Positions 36,322 to 46,742 of a stretch of DNA of 64,000 nucleotides are shown piece by piece. Below the pieces are notes generated by a model, which was not told where the DNA came from, searched no databases, and saw only the letters and a program-made list of their open reading frames with translations. This DNA comes from Candidatus Aenigmatarchaeota archaeon. Its GTDB lineage: Archaea; Aenigmatarchaeota; Aenigmatarchaeia; Aenigmatarchaeales; JACQIB01. Each line of letters starts with the position of its first letter. Position 1 is the first letter of the stretch. The stretch lies in contig JACQIB010000005.1 of assembly GCA_016198755.1 (NCBI GenBank), positions 64,001-128,000 of the forward strand, in the 5' to 3' direction. Position numbers and translations under genes: made by a program.

Positions 36322-37345
36322 GACTTCCGTTTGCATAGTAAGGATAGAGTTTAGGGTCCCATCTAACGCTCCCCGGATAACATACATCAGCTGTCTCAAC
36401 CGTGGCCATTATTGTTTGTACATGGATTATTGAACGGTGGTTTTCAGAAATCTTTCCGGCTTCATTCTCCCTTCTCAGCTCCTCATCCTCAAGCTCCCTT
36501 ATTTCAGCTGATTGTCTACCTCTTGCTGCAGCCAGAGTTTCGAAGTATCTGTTATTAGCCTGCCTGTTCCTCCTTCCATACCACCAGATTTTCACTGGAC
36601 CTGATAGGACAAATGTGGCTGCTGAAGAAAGGAATGGAACCAATACTTTAACCACTTCTGCATCTGGCATTCCAGCAAACAAGCCAATACCCAATGCCCC
36701 TGCTGTTGCAAGATTCTTTACTTGTCCCTTTAGCTCTCCAACCTCTATTTTAGTTTTCTGTATATTATCTATTTCAATCTTCCATCTATTTTCCATTGCT
36801 GTAATATCATCTTCATAATCCCTTTCAACTCTTCTTACTCTCTCTGTATATGTGGTTTCTATATCTGCAAGCTCAGCCCTGAGCCTGCCCCTCGCAGAAG
36901 CCAGCCTTGCCCCAGCATTTCTTGCATGGGTTACATATGTGGTCATATACCTGACATTCAACAAATCTATATCATCCACTGTATCATCTGTAACTTTTCC
37001 AGCAAGCTTTTCCAGCCAATCAACTTCATTTTTAGCTTGCTCTATTCTGGCAGGTCTGGTTTTCCCGTCAGCTTTTTCATCCAAAAGCGTTGCATAATGG
37101 TTTGAATAATCTACAACCTCAAATGGTCCGGGAACAGGATCTCTTGGAAAATACTTCAAATCAACCTGTATTCCAAACCTTTCCGCAAACAAATGTTGCC
37201 AGCTTGCATACCTGTTAAGATTCAGGTCTTCAAGCCTGTATAGGTCTGTTGGAGAAACGCTTAGTGGAGCCACATGCCTTGGCCTAACACTGTTATCTGT
37301 TACCCTCCTTCCAGCTGTACCGCCAGCTAACATTGTTCCTATCAT
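36311..37345 (-). CDS. Hypothetical protein: coiled coil, hydrophobic hairpin, coiled coil
   Basis: 344-aa ORF; LATAGALGIGLFAG...VLVPFLSSAATFVLSG between charged helices. Confidence 0.78.
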   Translation of the reverse strand: MIGTMLAGGTAGRRVTDNSVRPRHVAPLSVSPTDLYRLEDLNLNRYASWQHLFAERFGIQVDLKYFPRDPVPGPFEVVDYSNHYATLLDEKADGKTRPARIEQAKNEVDWLEKLAGKVTDDTVDDIDLLNVRYMTTYVTHARNAGARLASARGRLRAELADIETTYTERVRRVERDYEDDITAMENRWKIEIDNIQKTKIEVGELKGQVKNLATAGALGIGLFAGMPDAEVVKVLVPFLSSAATFVLSGPVKIWWYGRRNRQANNRYFETLAAARGRQSAEIRELEDEELRRENEAGKISENHRSIIHVQTIMATVETADVCYPGSVRWDPKLYPYYANGSLKA

Positions 37346-37378
37346 AATAGGGCTTGGATAGAAATCTTTTTATACCCA

Positions 37379-38161
37379 TTATAAGAGGGCATCCTTTAGT
37401 GCCGTACTGCACTCACAGGAACGCTCAGCAGGCAGGGCTTCTATTGCTGAAAACAGGAGTTTGCGTGCATTTTCAACATTTGCAGACATTGTTTTTAAAA
37501 TCTCCTGTATGCTTACATGAGAATCCTTCCAGCAGTCATAATCTGTTACAAGAGAAATGTTTGAATAGCATATTTCTGCTTCTCTTGCTAAAACAGCCTC
37601 AGGAACCAGAGTCATGCCAACCACATCAACCCCCCATTTCCTGAACAAATTGCTCTCAGCTTTAGTTGAAAAGCGGGGACCCTGAATGCAGATGTAGGTT
37701 CCTGCTGGCTTTATTGGCAGATTTAATTTTTGGCCGGCAGCTATAATAAGGGAGCGAAGCTGGGGACAAAAAGGCTCTGCAACAGAGATATGGCAGGTTT
37801 TGCTGCCTTCATAAAAGCTGGAAGAGCGGCCCGCGGTGCGGTCAATAAACTGGTCCAGCAAAACAATGTCTCCGGGCTTTAGCTCTTCCTTTAAGCTTCC
37901 GCAGGAACTGGCTGCAAGTATCCTTTTTATTCCCAACTCTTTTAAGGCCCAGATATTTGCCCTGTAATTAACTAAGTGCGCAGGATACTGGTGTCCTCTC
38001 CCATGCCTTGATAAGAAAGCAATTTTCATACCATTAAAAGTTCCTATAATAATATTGTCTGAAGGCTTCCCATATGGGGTGTGTACTTTTACCTCCTCTA
38101 TATTCTTCAGCTCTTCCGCGCTGTAAAGTCCCGAACCCCCGATAATTGCTATCTCAGGCAT
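37379..38161 (-). CDS. mtnP: S-methyl-5'-thioadenosine phosphorylase
   Basis: IAIIGGSG, TPYGKPS, RHGRGH, NYRANI, GPRFSTKAES, VGMT, TDYD. Confidence 0.93.
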   Translation of the reverse strand: MPEIAIIGGSGLYSAEELKNIEEVKVHTPYGKPSDNIIIGTFNGMKIAFLSRHGRGHQYPAHLVNYRANIWALKELGIKRILAASSCGSLKEELKPGDIVLLDQFIDRTAGRSSSFYEGSKTCHISVAEPFCPQLRSLIIAAGQKLNLPIKPAGTYICIQGPRFSTKAESNLFRKWGVDVVGMTLVPEAVLAREAEICYSNISLVTDYDCWKDSHVSIQEILKTMSANVENARKLLFSAIEALPAERSCECSTALKDALL

Positions 38162-38204
38162 AGGGTATTTATGTGAATAGACAAAAATATAAACCTGTGA
38201 TAAA

Positions 38205-38660
38205 ATGACAATAGACAAGCCTTTATACGAGCTCAAGCCCAGCAGGATATCTTTTGTTACAAATTACTTTCTTTCTGCTGTTCTTGTTAGTATTGTTGGA
38301 GCTGTAAAAGCCCTTGGATTGTACATAAATGAAGTTGGAATTGCTGCTGCGGGGGGATTGGTTTTAATTCTTTTGGTTATTCCTGAAATTGCAAGGGTTA
38401 GGCATCTGTATAAAATTACACCTTCGCAGGTTGTTCAGGAAGTGGGAATTTTAAAAAAGCAGAGGGATAGCATTTTTCTCAATAATATTGCAGATTTGAA
38501 TTCTGACCAGAACTTTTCCCAGAGGTTGCTTATGTTTGGGGATATAAAGATTGGATCTTCCTCTGGGGCTGAGAAGATTGTTTTAAAGGGCATTAGAAAC
38601 CCAAGGGAAATTGTTATAGAGCTTGAAAGGCTAATGCACGAATACGGGAAAGATAAGTAG
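38205..38660 (+). CDS. Membrane protein with a bacterial-PH (bPH_2) domain
   Basis: Two TM helices then YKIT...GIL...Q...QRLLMFGDIKI. Confidence 0.8.
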   Translation: MTIDKPLYELKPSRISFVTNYFLSAVLVSIVGAVKALGLYINEVGIAAAGGLVLILLVIPEIARVRHLYKITPSQVVQEVGILKKQRDSIFLNNIADLNSDQNFSQRLLMFGDIKIGSSSGAEKIVLKGIRNPREIVIELERLMHEYGKDK

Positions 38661-38661
38661 T

Positions 38662-39657
38662 TTATTCTTCAAGTCTTGGGAGTGAAGATAACTCTTTTTT
38701 CAAAGATTCAATTGTTTCAGAGCTGTTTGGGTTTATTCCCAAATCCAGAGCAAGATAAACGCTTATCAGGTCTGCCATGTACAATAATGAAAAGATTTTA
38801 CAGAGAAGGCTTTCCCCAAGAGCCCAAAGCTCTGTATTGGTTTTAAATGCCAGCCTTTTTGTTAATTCAATTCTCTGCCCAACCCTGTCATCCTCCTGAG
38901 GGTCGCGCAGCAAAACAGCTATTGTTTCCTTCGCTCTCGGATCAACAGGCCATGCCATTATCTCGTTGTGATTCATTTCTGGAAACTCTGACCAATAAGA
39001 AAGTGTTCTGCAATCTTCTTGTAACCTGTTGGAAAACCTGCGGGCTATTGATGTATATGGACCTGCACCGAAAATAATCGGAAACTTCCCTCTCAATAGA
39101 ACTGCAACGCCTTTTGCACCGTTATCCACCGAAACATAACCCAGCTCAGGTTTCATGCTGTTTAACAAATTAACTGTCTCAATTACGTTATTCTCCATAT
39201 CTAAAAACCCTGAAACATGGAGTGTTTTCAGCATTGGGAAAAATAGGGTTGCAACTGCAGCACGCGGCTGGGGTGCTTTTGGAATCTTAATAAAAACTGC
39301 TCCTGAGCTTGCACAGAGTTCTTCCAGCTTTCCTCCAGTCCCAATACCCACAACAATTGCACCGCGCTCGAGTGCTTTTTTAGTTGCTGTTAAAGTTTCT
39401 TCTGTATTTCCTGAATGGGAAACTGAAAAGAAAAGGGTCTCGCTGGAAACAAAGGCTGGTATTGAATAGGAACGGTTTACAAAAACCGGTATCGGGAGAG
39501 TTTCCAGCAATAAGGATTGTAAGATATCCCCGCCTATTGAGCTGGCACCCATGCCGGCAACAACAATATTTTTTGGCTTCTGCACAGTAGGTACAGGCAA
39601 AGACCAGGCTGCATAAATCTGGTTTGGCATCGACAATGTATAGTTTAGGAAATCCAT
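38662..39657 (-). CDS. Bifunctional phosphoglucose/phosphomannose isomerase (SIS)
   Basis: GMGASSIGG, SHSGNTEET, PQPRAA, FPEMNHNEI. Confidence 0.9.
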   Translation of the reverse strand: MDFLNYTLSMPNQIYAAWSLPVPTVQKPKNIVVAGMGASSIGGDILQSLLLETLPIPVFVNRSYSIPAFVSSETLFFSVSHSGNTEETLTATKKALERGAIVVGIGTGGKLEELCASSGAVFIKIPKAPQPRAAVATLFFPMLKTLHVSGFLDMENNVIETVNLLNSMKPELGYVSVDNGAKGVAVLLRGKFPIIFGAGPYTSIARRFSNRLQEDCRTLSYWSEFPEMNHNEIMAWPVDPRAKETIAVLLRDPQEDDRVGQRIELTKRLAFKTNTELWALGESLLCKIFSLLYMADLISVYLALDLGINPNSSETIESLKKELSSLPRLEE

Positions 39658-39661
39658 ACCT

Positions 39662-40411
39662 TCATTTCCCAAGATTCTTCCCTCTTTCTCCCGTATATTC
39701 ATACTCAGAACTCTCTAATCTTTTTGCAAAGGGCTTCTCTTCTGTCAGCTCCTCAATAACATGAGCTGAAATCCCTGCTGTGCGGGGGATAACAAAAAAG
39801 GCTTTTGCTACCCTCCAATGGAACCCCATTTCAGAAATTATTGCTGCTATTGCTCCGTCTACATTCAAACACAACTTTTTTCCCTGGGATTTTTCAAGTT
39901 CTTTCTCTAGTTCAAGAGCAAAGTTGCAGTAGCTCCCGAAAATCCCAAGTTCTTTTGCAAGCTTGAAAAGTTTATGAGTTCTTGGATCTGTTGTATAAAC
40001 TTTATGTCCATAGCCTGGAAGCCTTTCTTTCTTGGCTGAAAAGGCAGAAACAACATCCCCAGCTGTTTTACCAAGGTTCTCCTGCAGTACCTTGGCACAG
40101 CCTTCACCAGCACCCCCGTGATGTTCTCCTATTGCAAGTATTCCGGCTGCCAAGCCCTGCACAAAACTTCCGGAACCGGAAGCTGCTGTCCTTGCAGACA
40201 TTATTGAAGGAGTTCCTATACTATGTTCAGCAACAGAAACCAAAATTGAATCAACCATTTTCCCTTCCTCAGCTGTTGGAAGCTTTCCCCTCAGCAGTAA
40301 ATAAACCATTTCAGCATAACTTATTTTTCCTACAAGCTCTTCCAGAGAGTAGCCACGAACAGATGTTCCCTCGTCCGTAGAGTCTGAAATTTTCGTTTTC
40401 CACTTTACCAT
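39662..40411 (-). CDS. ccl: Citryl-CoA lyase (citrate synthase-like fold)
   Basis: WKTKIS...RGY, HGGAGE, PGYGH, DPR, LNVDGAIAA; 249 aa. Confidence 0.88.
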   Translation of the reverse strand: MVKWKTKISDSTDEGTSVRGYSLEELVGKISYAEMVYLLLRGKLPTAEEGKMVDSILVSVAEHSIGTPSIMSARTAASGSGSFVQGLAAGILAIGEHHGGAGEGCAKVLQENLGKTAGDVVSAFSAKKERLPGYGHKVYTTDPRTHKLFKLAKELGIFGSYCNFALELEKELEKSQGKKLCLNVDGAIAAIISEMGFHWRVAKAFFVIPRTAGISAHVIEELTEEKPFAKRLESSEYEYTGERGKNLGK

Positions 40412-41311
40412 TTAAATCGCCCCCTTTATCAGTTCCCCTAACTTATCATGGGTTTCAGCTATTAAAACACCTGCTTCTCTCAGAGCTTTTATTTTCTCTG
40501 TTGGGCTCCCTCTCCCATTTTCTATCAATGCACCGGCATGCCCAAACTGAGTTCCATGCGGGAGTTTTTCAGCAAAAACACCTGCAATAAAGGCTGCTAT
40601 AGGTTTTGTAAACTCTTTCTTTTTTATTGCTTCAGCAATCTTATCCTCGTAAGTTCCCCCAGGCTCACCGAAAATTACAACGCCCTTTGTTTCAGGATCC
40701 TTCTCAAACATTCTTAACAGATCCACAAAATCTGTTCCCAAAATTACATCCCCGCCTATTCCAATTACTGTGCTCTGTCCTAAGCCAGCAGAGCGCACAA
40801 CCCAGGCTGTTTCATTTGTCATTCCACCACTCTTTGATATTACTCCAATAGGGCCCGGTGTGTAAATTTTATCAGTATCGTCCTTTATCCCTCCCAGAAC
40901 TCCAATCTTGCACTGCTTTGGACTAACTATTCCAATAGAAGAGGGTCCAATAATCCTTGCACCATATATATTCGCATACCTTATCATCTGCACAGTATCC
41001 TGTATTGCAACCCCTTCTGTTATCAGATTTACAAGCTTAATCCCGTTGGAAACAGCTTCTATAACAGCTTCCTTCGCAGCTGCAGGCGGAACATAAACAG
41101 CTGTGCAGTTTATTTCAGGGTGGTTTTTCAAAGCTTCATGTACAGAATTATAAACAGGAACTCCTTCTGTGGTCTGTCCTCCCTTTCCAGGTGTTACCCC
41201 AGCAACAACTTTAGTTCCATATTCGAGCATTGTGCGGAGGGCTACCTGCCCAGTCCTTCCAGTAATGCCTTGTATCAAAACCCTTGTATCTTTGTTTACC
41301 AGAATGCTCAT
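40412..41311 (-). CDS. CoA-binding alpha subunit of citryl-CoA synthetase (succinyl-CoA synthetase alpha family)
   Basis: [23 protein letters not shown], phospho-His FGHAGA. Confidence 0.88.
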   Translation of the reverse strand: MSILVNKDTRVLIQGITGRTGQVALRTMLEYGTKVVAGVTPGKGGQTTEGVPVYNSVHEALKNHPEINCTAVYVPPAAAKEAVIEAVSNGIKLVNLITEGVAIQDTVQMIRYANIYGARIIGPSSIGIVSPKQCKIGVLGGIKDDTDKIYTPGPIGVISKSGGMTNETAWVVRSAGLGQSTVIGIGGDVILGTDFVDLLRMFEKDPETKGVVIFGEPGGTYEDKIAEAIKKKEFTKPIAAFIAGVFAEKLPHGTQFGHAGALIENGRGSPTEKIKALREAGVLIAETHDKLGELIKGAI

Positions 41312-42477
41312 TTTAACCTCTCCATTATTGTTTTTGCTGTCGAAGTCATTGAAACTTCAGAACCATGCACTTCCAAATCCAGCCCTAATTCCTTTCCAAC
41401 ATCTCTTAAAAGCTGTAGTCCTTCCCTCTCATAAGGTCCAGAGCGGCGCACAACAATTGGATATTTTGGCTTCACTTCTCTCAGCGCTTCAACAACGCCC
41501 TGCATTGTCTGGTCCACTCTTGTAAAATTTGCAATCGCCCCTACAATCCATAATCCTTTCAAACAAGGCTGGCCCAGAATAGCTTTTGTTAGAGCATATA
41601 CTTTTTCTTTCGGCGGATCTCCTGAAAACTCAGCATAATTCGCCGGATTCCCACCAGCCAGAATCAAAGCATCCATAGCAGCCATGCTTCCTCCGCCTCC
41701 GGCAGCAAGAAAACCAATATCCCCCCCAAGTTCAATAAACTTTACAGAACCTCTATAGTCTGCTTCATCAACCTGCTTAACAGAAAGCTCCCTGTCTGTT
41801 AGTTCCCTTCCAACACCTATCATTCTGGGTGGGTAAACCCTGTCTTTGTGTTTGTAGCCAGCATCATTATCCAGTTCAATTAAGGCTCCAACAGCCACCA
41901 GCTCCCCCTCTTCAGTCAGGGACAATGGATTTATTTCAAGCAGCCTGCAATCCTCCTCCAGAAAGACAGAATAAAGACGCAATGCAAACTCCGATATTTT
42001 AGGTATTAATTCTGAAGGAAACCCTGCATCCACAGCAGCATCCCTTGCCTGCCACTCTTTTAACCCTAACAACTGATCTATTGGCTTCTTTACCAAATTT
42101 CCTTTTGCAAGCTCGACAACATCCACTCCCCCGCGCGTGCTTAATAGGAGAACAGGCAGCTGGGAATCTGTATCATATAGGAAACTAATGTAAAATTCTT
42201 CCTTGGTTTTTGTTTTTCTTTCAAGCAAAACAGATTTTACTTTTTCTTTCAGCACAAGAGAACCCAGCAAACTGTTTGTAAAGTTAACTGCCTCAGCAGA
42301 GTTGGAAAAGGCCTTGATAGCCCCAGCCTTCCCGCGCCCGCCTGAAAGAACCTGAGCTTTAACAACAACATCATCAAATGGCATTTCTGAAACTGCTGAA
42401 GTAGAGAGAATACCTATGGGAACTTTAATCCCGTGCTTTCTCAGCAGCTGTTTACTTTCAAACTCGTATAGTCTCAT
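41308..42477 (-). CDS. ATP-grasp beta subunit with an ATP-citrate-lyase-type citrate-binding domain
   Basis: [46 protein letters not shown]. Confidence 0.88.
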   Translation of the reverse strand: MRLYEFESKQLLRKHGIKVPIGILSTSAVSEMPFDDVVVKAQVLSGGRGKAGAIKAFSNSAEAVNFTNSLLGSLVLKEKVKSVLLERKTKTKEEFYISFLYDTDSQLPVLLLSTRGGVDVVELAKGNLVKKPIDQLLGLKEWQARDAAVDAGFPSELIPKISEFALRLYSVFLEEDCRLLEINPLSLTEEGELVAVGALIELDNDAGYKHKDRVYPPRMIGVGRELTDRELSVKQVDEADYRGSVKFIELGGDIGFLAAGGGGSMAAMDALILAGGNPANYAEFSGDPPKEKVYALTKAILGQPCLKGLWIVGAIANFTRVDQTMQGVVEALREVKPKYPIVVRRSGPYEREGLQLLRDVGKELGLDLEVHGSEVSMTSTAKTIMERLK

Positions 42478-44423
42478 TCAACCACCACTAACGCAGGCAG
42501 TTCATTCAAGCTGCGTATCCAGAAGTCAGGGCTTCCCTCTTTGTTTTTACCTATCAAAGCTGTTTTTGCACCAAAAGCATGCGCATCTTTCAAATCCCTT
42601 TCCCAGCTGTTTCCAACCACAAGAACGCGCTCTGGGTTTGTTTTCATCTGAGAAAGGATAATTTTAATATACTCTGGGGAAGGTTTCATTGTGCCCGTTT
42701 TCTCCGGAGTTATTATTGTTTCAAACATATGGAAAACCCTGCTGTTGAAAGCAGAGTTAATCTTCTTCTTTAATTCAGGTAAAAACTCATCGCTTGCTAT
42801 ACAGATATCGCATGAATCTGAGAGTATATCCAAAACATTTTCCACACCCTTCTCAACCTCCAAATCAGCACCAACCTGCTTCCAGAACTGCTCCAACCCC
42901 TTTTCTATAGTTCCTCCATTGACTTTTGTTCCCAGCTTTTCTAATGTAAGGTTAATTGCATGCTCCCTTCTCCTTTTCTCTGGTTCTTTAGAGTCTTTTA
43001 GGCTGGAAACAACTGTTTTCCATGTTCCTTCTATCAAAGCTTCTGGCAAACCTGTGCTTTTGGAAAGTATAATAAACAAATTCTCGTAAGCCTTGTCAGC
43101 ATGTATTTTATATAATGTTCCGTCAGCATCAAAAACAACTGTATCAAACTTTTTTGCAGGTATTTCCCTTTTCTTTTTAATTCCGTTAAACTCTGAGTAA
43201 TAAGTTGTATAGGATTCTATATTTTCCTTAACGAGAGTCATTGGACCTATAACAGTATTACAGCCCACTAAAACCCCTGGCATTATGTTAACTCCGGTCC
43301 CAACTTTAACATTATGCGCAAGCACACAGCCAAAATAACTCAGGCCAGTCCCAACTCTTTTCTCTCTTACTGTAGACTTTATTTCTCCCCTGTCTATCCT
43401 CCTGTTTGCTGTTGTAAAGCCTGTTCCTATCTTGCAATTTCTTCCGAAGACAGAATTGCCAAAATAACCATTGTGTACATGACAACCTTCCTGAAAAATG
43501 CTTCCTGTAACTTCGGCATGAGCACCAACCATTGTATTGTTTTCCAGATTAGAATATCCTCTTACCAGTGTTCCGTTTCCAACAACACAATTCTCTCCTA
43601 TATAACATGGACCCTTTATAATAGCGTTCTCATAAATTATAGCACCCTCGCCAATCCAGACATCTCCTATAATTTTTGCCCCTTCCTCTATTTTTGCTGT
43701 TTCCGCAATCTTCTGCCCACTCAATCTATAATTCATCAAAAGCCTGCAACAAGTCAGCATATCCCACGAATACTTTAGGGAAGGGAGTTGCTGCTCTGTT
43801 ATTATAACACTGCAATCTTTTTCCTTTCCCATTAGGTTTAGAGCTTCTTCAAATGAATATTCCTGTGCGGGAACTTTTTTGTGGAAAGAAAAGAAGTTTT
43901 TTGGCAAAAGGTAAATGCCGCATACCATTACATCTGAAGGAGCTTTGCCGTCTTCAGGTTTTTCTATTGTTTCAATAAACTTGTCTCCATTTAACTTGAA
44001 AAACCCTCCTCTTGATAAGTCCACAGAATGCTTACCAACGAAAACTGCAGCTGCGCCTGTTTCCTTCTTCTTTTCAACCATTTGCTTTACCAAAGAACCG
44101 CAGGTAAAGTGGTTTGCATTAAGTACAAAGAAGTCCCCGTCTATCAGGGATTCAGCCTGCATTAGGGCATCTCCCATTCCCTTTGGTTCTTTTTGCACAA
44201 CAAACTGCAAATCAAAAGAGAATTTCTTTCCTGCAAATTCTTTCTCAGCCCCCCTCTCAGGACCCTGAACAACAACAACTTTATTTAACCCAGCTTCTTC
44301 CAGTTCTATCAATGTCCATTCCAAAAGGCTGCGGCCCATTATTTTGAATAAAGCTTTCTTATGCTTCTCAGAAAGCGGCCAGAATCTTTTTGATTCACCT
44401 GCGGATAAAACAACTGCCTGCAT
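42474..44423 (-). CDS. GlmU-like sugar-1-phosphate nucleotidylyltransferase/acetyltransferase fused to a HAD hydrolase
   Basis: LSAGESKRFWP; EKP; hexapeptide repeats; C-terminal VVFDADGTL...KP...VGNSWERD. Confidence 0.88.
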   Translation of the reverse strand: MQAVVLSAGESKRFWPLSEKHKKALFKIMGRSLLEWTLIELEEAGLNKVVVVQGPERGAEKEFAGKKFSFDLQFVVQKEPKGMGDALMQAESLIDGDFFVLNANHFTCGSLVKQMVEKKKETGAAAVFVGKHSVDLSRGGFFKLNGDKFIETIEKPEDGKAPSDVMVCGIYLLPKNFFSFHKKVPAQEYSFEEALNLMGKEKDCSVIITEQQLPSLKYSWDMLTCCRLLMNYRLSGQKIAETAKIEEGAKIIGDVWIGEGAIIYENAIIKGPCYIGENCVVGNGTLVRGYSNLENNTMVGAHAEVTGSIFQEGCHVHNGYFGNSVFGRNCKIGTGFTTANRRIDRGEIKSTVREKRVGTGLSYFGCVLAHNVKVGTGVNIMPGVLVGCNTVIGPMTLVKENIESYTTYYSEFNGIKKKREIPAKKFDTVVFDADGTLYKIHADKAYENLFIILSKSTGLPEALIEGTWKTVVSSLKDSKEPEKRRREHAINLTLEKLGTKVNGGTIEKGLEQFWKQVGADLEVEKGVENVLDILSDSCDICIASDEFLPELKKKINSAFNSRVFHMFETIITPEKTGTMKPSPEYIKIILSQMKTNPERVLVVGNSWERDLKDAHAFGAKTALIGKNKEGSPDFWIRSLNELPALVVVE

Positions 44424-44424
44424 T

Positions 44425-45393
44425 CTAATCACCAATTACCTCCAGTAAGGCTGCTGCTGTTTCCGCAGGTTTGTGTTTTATTATATGCGGCCAGTCTTTC
44501 ATTCCGCCCCCCCTAACCCTGTCTTTCTTTTGGGCCTCGCCCAGTGGAGTTTTGTCCACCAAATCCTTAACGATAATTTTTATTCCATCTACATTATCTA
44601 TAGTAACTAGGTCCATTCCAGAATTTTTGTAAAATTCCAGCACATCATCTGAAGGAGTGCCATTGTTTGCAATAACAACATCGGGTTTTCTGCCTGCATA
44701 CTTCTCAATCTCAGCACAGTGCATAGATAATGTAAAACCGGATCTGGAGGTAATGTTTGCTACGTATATGATCTTTTTGCCTTTCAGAGATTCTTTTACT
44801 CCTTCAGACAGAAGTATGGGTATTGTGCTTGTGGAAAGGCCGCCAGGAGCCAGCACAACAAAATCAGCATTTTTTATACTTTCTATCACAGCTTCTGTTG
44901 CCTTTGCAGAAGGATCTAAAAAAAGCCTGTCTACTCTGCTGCTATTATCCCTTGTTCCAATCTCCTGCTCCCCTTTCAGTATTTTCCCATCACCAAGCTC
45001 AGCAACAATATCTGTTTTTTCCTCTGAAACGGGCAAAACCTGACCACGTGCGCCAGAGAGCTTGCCCAGTTTTTCCAGTGCAGCTGTAAGGGAGCCCTCT
45101 GTTTTTATTTTTGAAACAAGCATAAGGTTACCTAAAGAAACACCTTTCATCTCACTCTCTGTAAACCTGTAGGATAAAAGCTTTGTAACAGGATTTTCAG
45201 GATCTGCTAAAGCAGCCAAACAGCTGCGTGCATCACCTATTCCTATAATTCCAAACTGCTCCCTTAAAATTCCTGAATGTCCACCGTTGTCTGTTACAGT
45301 AACAACAGCTGTTAAATTATGGGGAGTGTTGCGCAGCCCGCGTAAGAGATGAGCAAGACCGGAGCCGCCACCGAAGAGAACGATTTTCTTCAT
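44425..45393 (-). CDS. YvcK/GlmR (UPF0052, CofD-like) protein
   Basis: GGGSG, VTVTDNGGHSG, GDAR, GNL, APGGLSTS. Confidence 0.88.
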   Translation of the reverse strand: MKKIVLFGGGSGLAHLLRGLRNTPHNLTAVVTVTDNGGHSGILREQFGIIGIGDARSCLAALADPENPVTKLLSYRFTESEMKGVSLGNLMLVSKIKTEGSLTAALEKLGKLSGARGQVLPVSEEKTDIVAELGDGKILKGEQEIGTRDNSSRVDRLFLDPSAKATEAVIESIKNADFVVLAPGGLSTSTIPILLSEGVKESLKGKKIIYVANITSRSGFTLSMHCAEIEKYAGRKPDVVIANNGTPSDDVLEFYKNSGMDLVTIDNVDGIKIIVKDLVDKTPLGEAQKKDRVRGGGMKDWPHIIKHKPAETAAALLEVIGD

Positions 45394-45398
45394 TATAA

Positions 45399-46100
45399 TC
45401 ACTCCTCCATTAGCTTTCCAGCCAGCTTCACATCAGCATCCAAAAACTCTTCAATGCTATCAAAGTCCATCCAACCGCTGGAAACCTTAAAGGTTTTTAC
45501 ATACTGCTTTGCAGCAAGCTTGTTAACAGCTTCCACTAAAGACAATTCACCTCCATCTATTGGAACAATGCTTTCTATCTCTTCAAAAATATTTGATTCA
45601 AACCTGTAGAGGGCTGTGTTTATCAGGTTTGTTGGGGGGTTTGCAGGCTTTTCTATTATTGCTTTCAGTTTATCCCCCTCCGTTATAACAACTCCATATT
45701 CATGTGGATTTGAAACCTCTGTAACACCAACAGCTGTCCCAGTTTCTGCAAGAGCTCTCCCTACATCAGCTGTTGAATAAAGGGAATCACCCATAAGGAC
45801 AATGAACGGCTCGCGCCCGACAAACTTTTCAGCTGCTGCAACAGCATGCGCTGTTCCTCTTAGCTCACCCTGTTCTATCAGTGTTATGCCAGAAAAGTTT
45901 TCTTTCTTCAAAAATTCCATTATCTTTTCCTTCTTATACCCAACAACAATGCCAATCTCATCATTCCCTGATTTTTTCAAAGCAGTGACAAGATACCAAA
46001 GAAGCGGCTTCTGGCCTATATTTATCAAAACCTTTGGTATGCTTTCTGTCAGCGGGGCTGCCCTTCTGCCCATCCCTGCTGCCAAAATAACTGCTTTCAT
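45399..46100 (-). CDS. Sugar-phosphate nucleotidyltransferase
   Basis: ILAAGMGRR..PLT..PK; GTAHA; GD; EKP. Confidence 0.9.
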   Translation of the reverse strand: MKAVILAAGMGRRAAPLTESIPKVLINIGQKPLLWYLVTALKKSGNDEIGIVVGYKKEKIMEFLKKENFSGITLIEQGELRGTAHAVAAAEKFVGREPFIVLMGDSLYSTADVGRALAETGTAVGVTEVSNPHEYGVVITEGDKLKAIIEKPANPPTNLINTALYRFESNIFEEIESIVPIDGGELSLVEAVNKLAAKQYVKTFKVSSGWMDFDSIEEFLDADVKLAGKLMEE

Positions 46101-46741
46101 TTCATACCCTCCAATGCTTTTCCTTTATTCAGAAACTCTGTTAGCGATACGAAGACTTCATCAGCTGCAGATAAACCAGAAACATAAGACTTGTTTGGTA
46201 TCGCAACACAATACAAACCTGCGTTCTTCGCATCTCTCACTCCCTTTGCAGAGTCTTCAAGTACAAAGCAGTCTTCAGGCTTTAATTTCATTTTAATTAC
46301 AGCATTTCTATACGCCGCAGTCTTTGTGCCAAAATCTTCTGAGGAATTTATTATAGGGAAGTATACATCCAGACCTGTGCCCTTTAGTATTTTTGCTATT
46401 ATGCCCTTTGAACTATTGGAAACCAAAGCCAATTTTAATCCATTCTTCTGGAGTATCAATAACAACTGTTTATACGCTTTTTTAGTCTTTATTTTTGCAG
46501 GTATGGCATCCAGAACAAGTCTATTATATCGAGATACTATAGCCTCGTCTGAAAGCATTATTTTGTAATCGTTCCTGTATACTTCTATATTTTCAGTAGC
46601 GCTATTCCCTATAAACTTTTTATAATCATCCAACGTTAAATTAAATCCAAGGGTTTTTAAAAATGCCTTCTTGCCTAGCCAGTGGAATTCCTCTGTATCT
46701 GCAATAACTCCATCCATATCGGAAATAAATCCTTTGAACAT
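46097..46741 (-). CDS. HAD family phosphatase (beta-PGM/CbbY-like)
   Basis: DMDGVIADTE; VSNS; LEDSAKGV..AKNAG. Confidence 0.88.
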   Translation of the reverse strand: MFKGFISDMDGVIADTEEFHWLGKKAFLKTLGFNLTLDDYKKFIGNSATENIEVYRNDYKIMLSDEAIVSRYNRLVLDAIPAKIKTKKAYKQLLLILQKNGLKLALVSNSSKGIIAKILKGTGLDVYFPIINSSEDFGTKTAAYRNAVIKMKLKPEDCFVLEDSAKGVRDAKNAGLYCVAIPNKSYVSGLSAADEVFVSLTEFLNKGKALEGMK

Positions 46742-46742
46742 T

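Noticed and set aside
40412-42477. Plain succinyl-CoA synthetase (sucCD) call
   Set aside because: ACL-type citrate-binding motifs and the adjacent citryl-CoA lyase favour citrate cleavage; gene symbols withheld.
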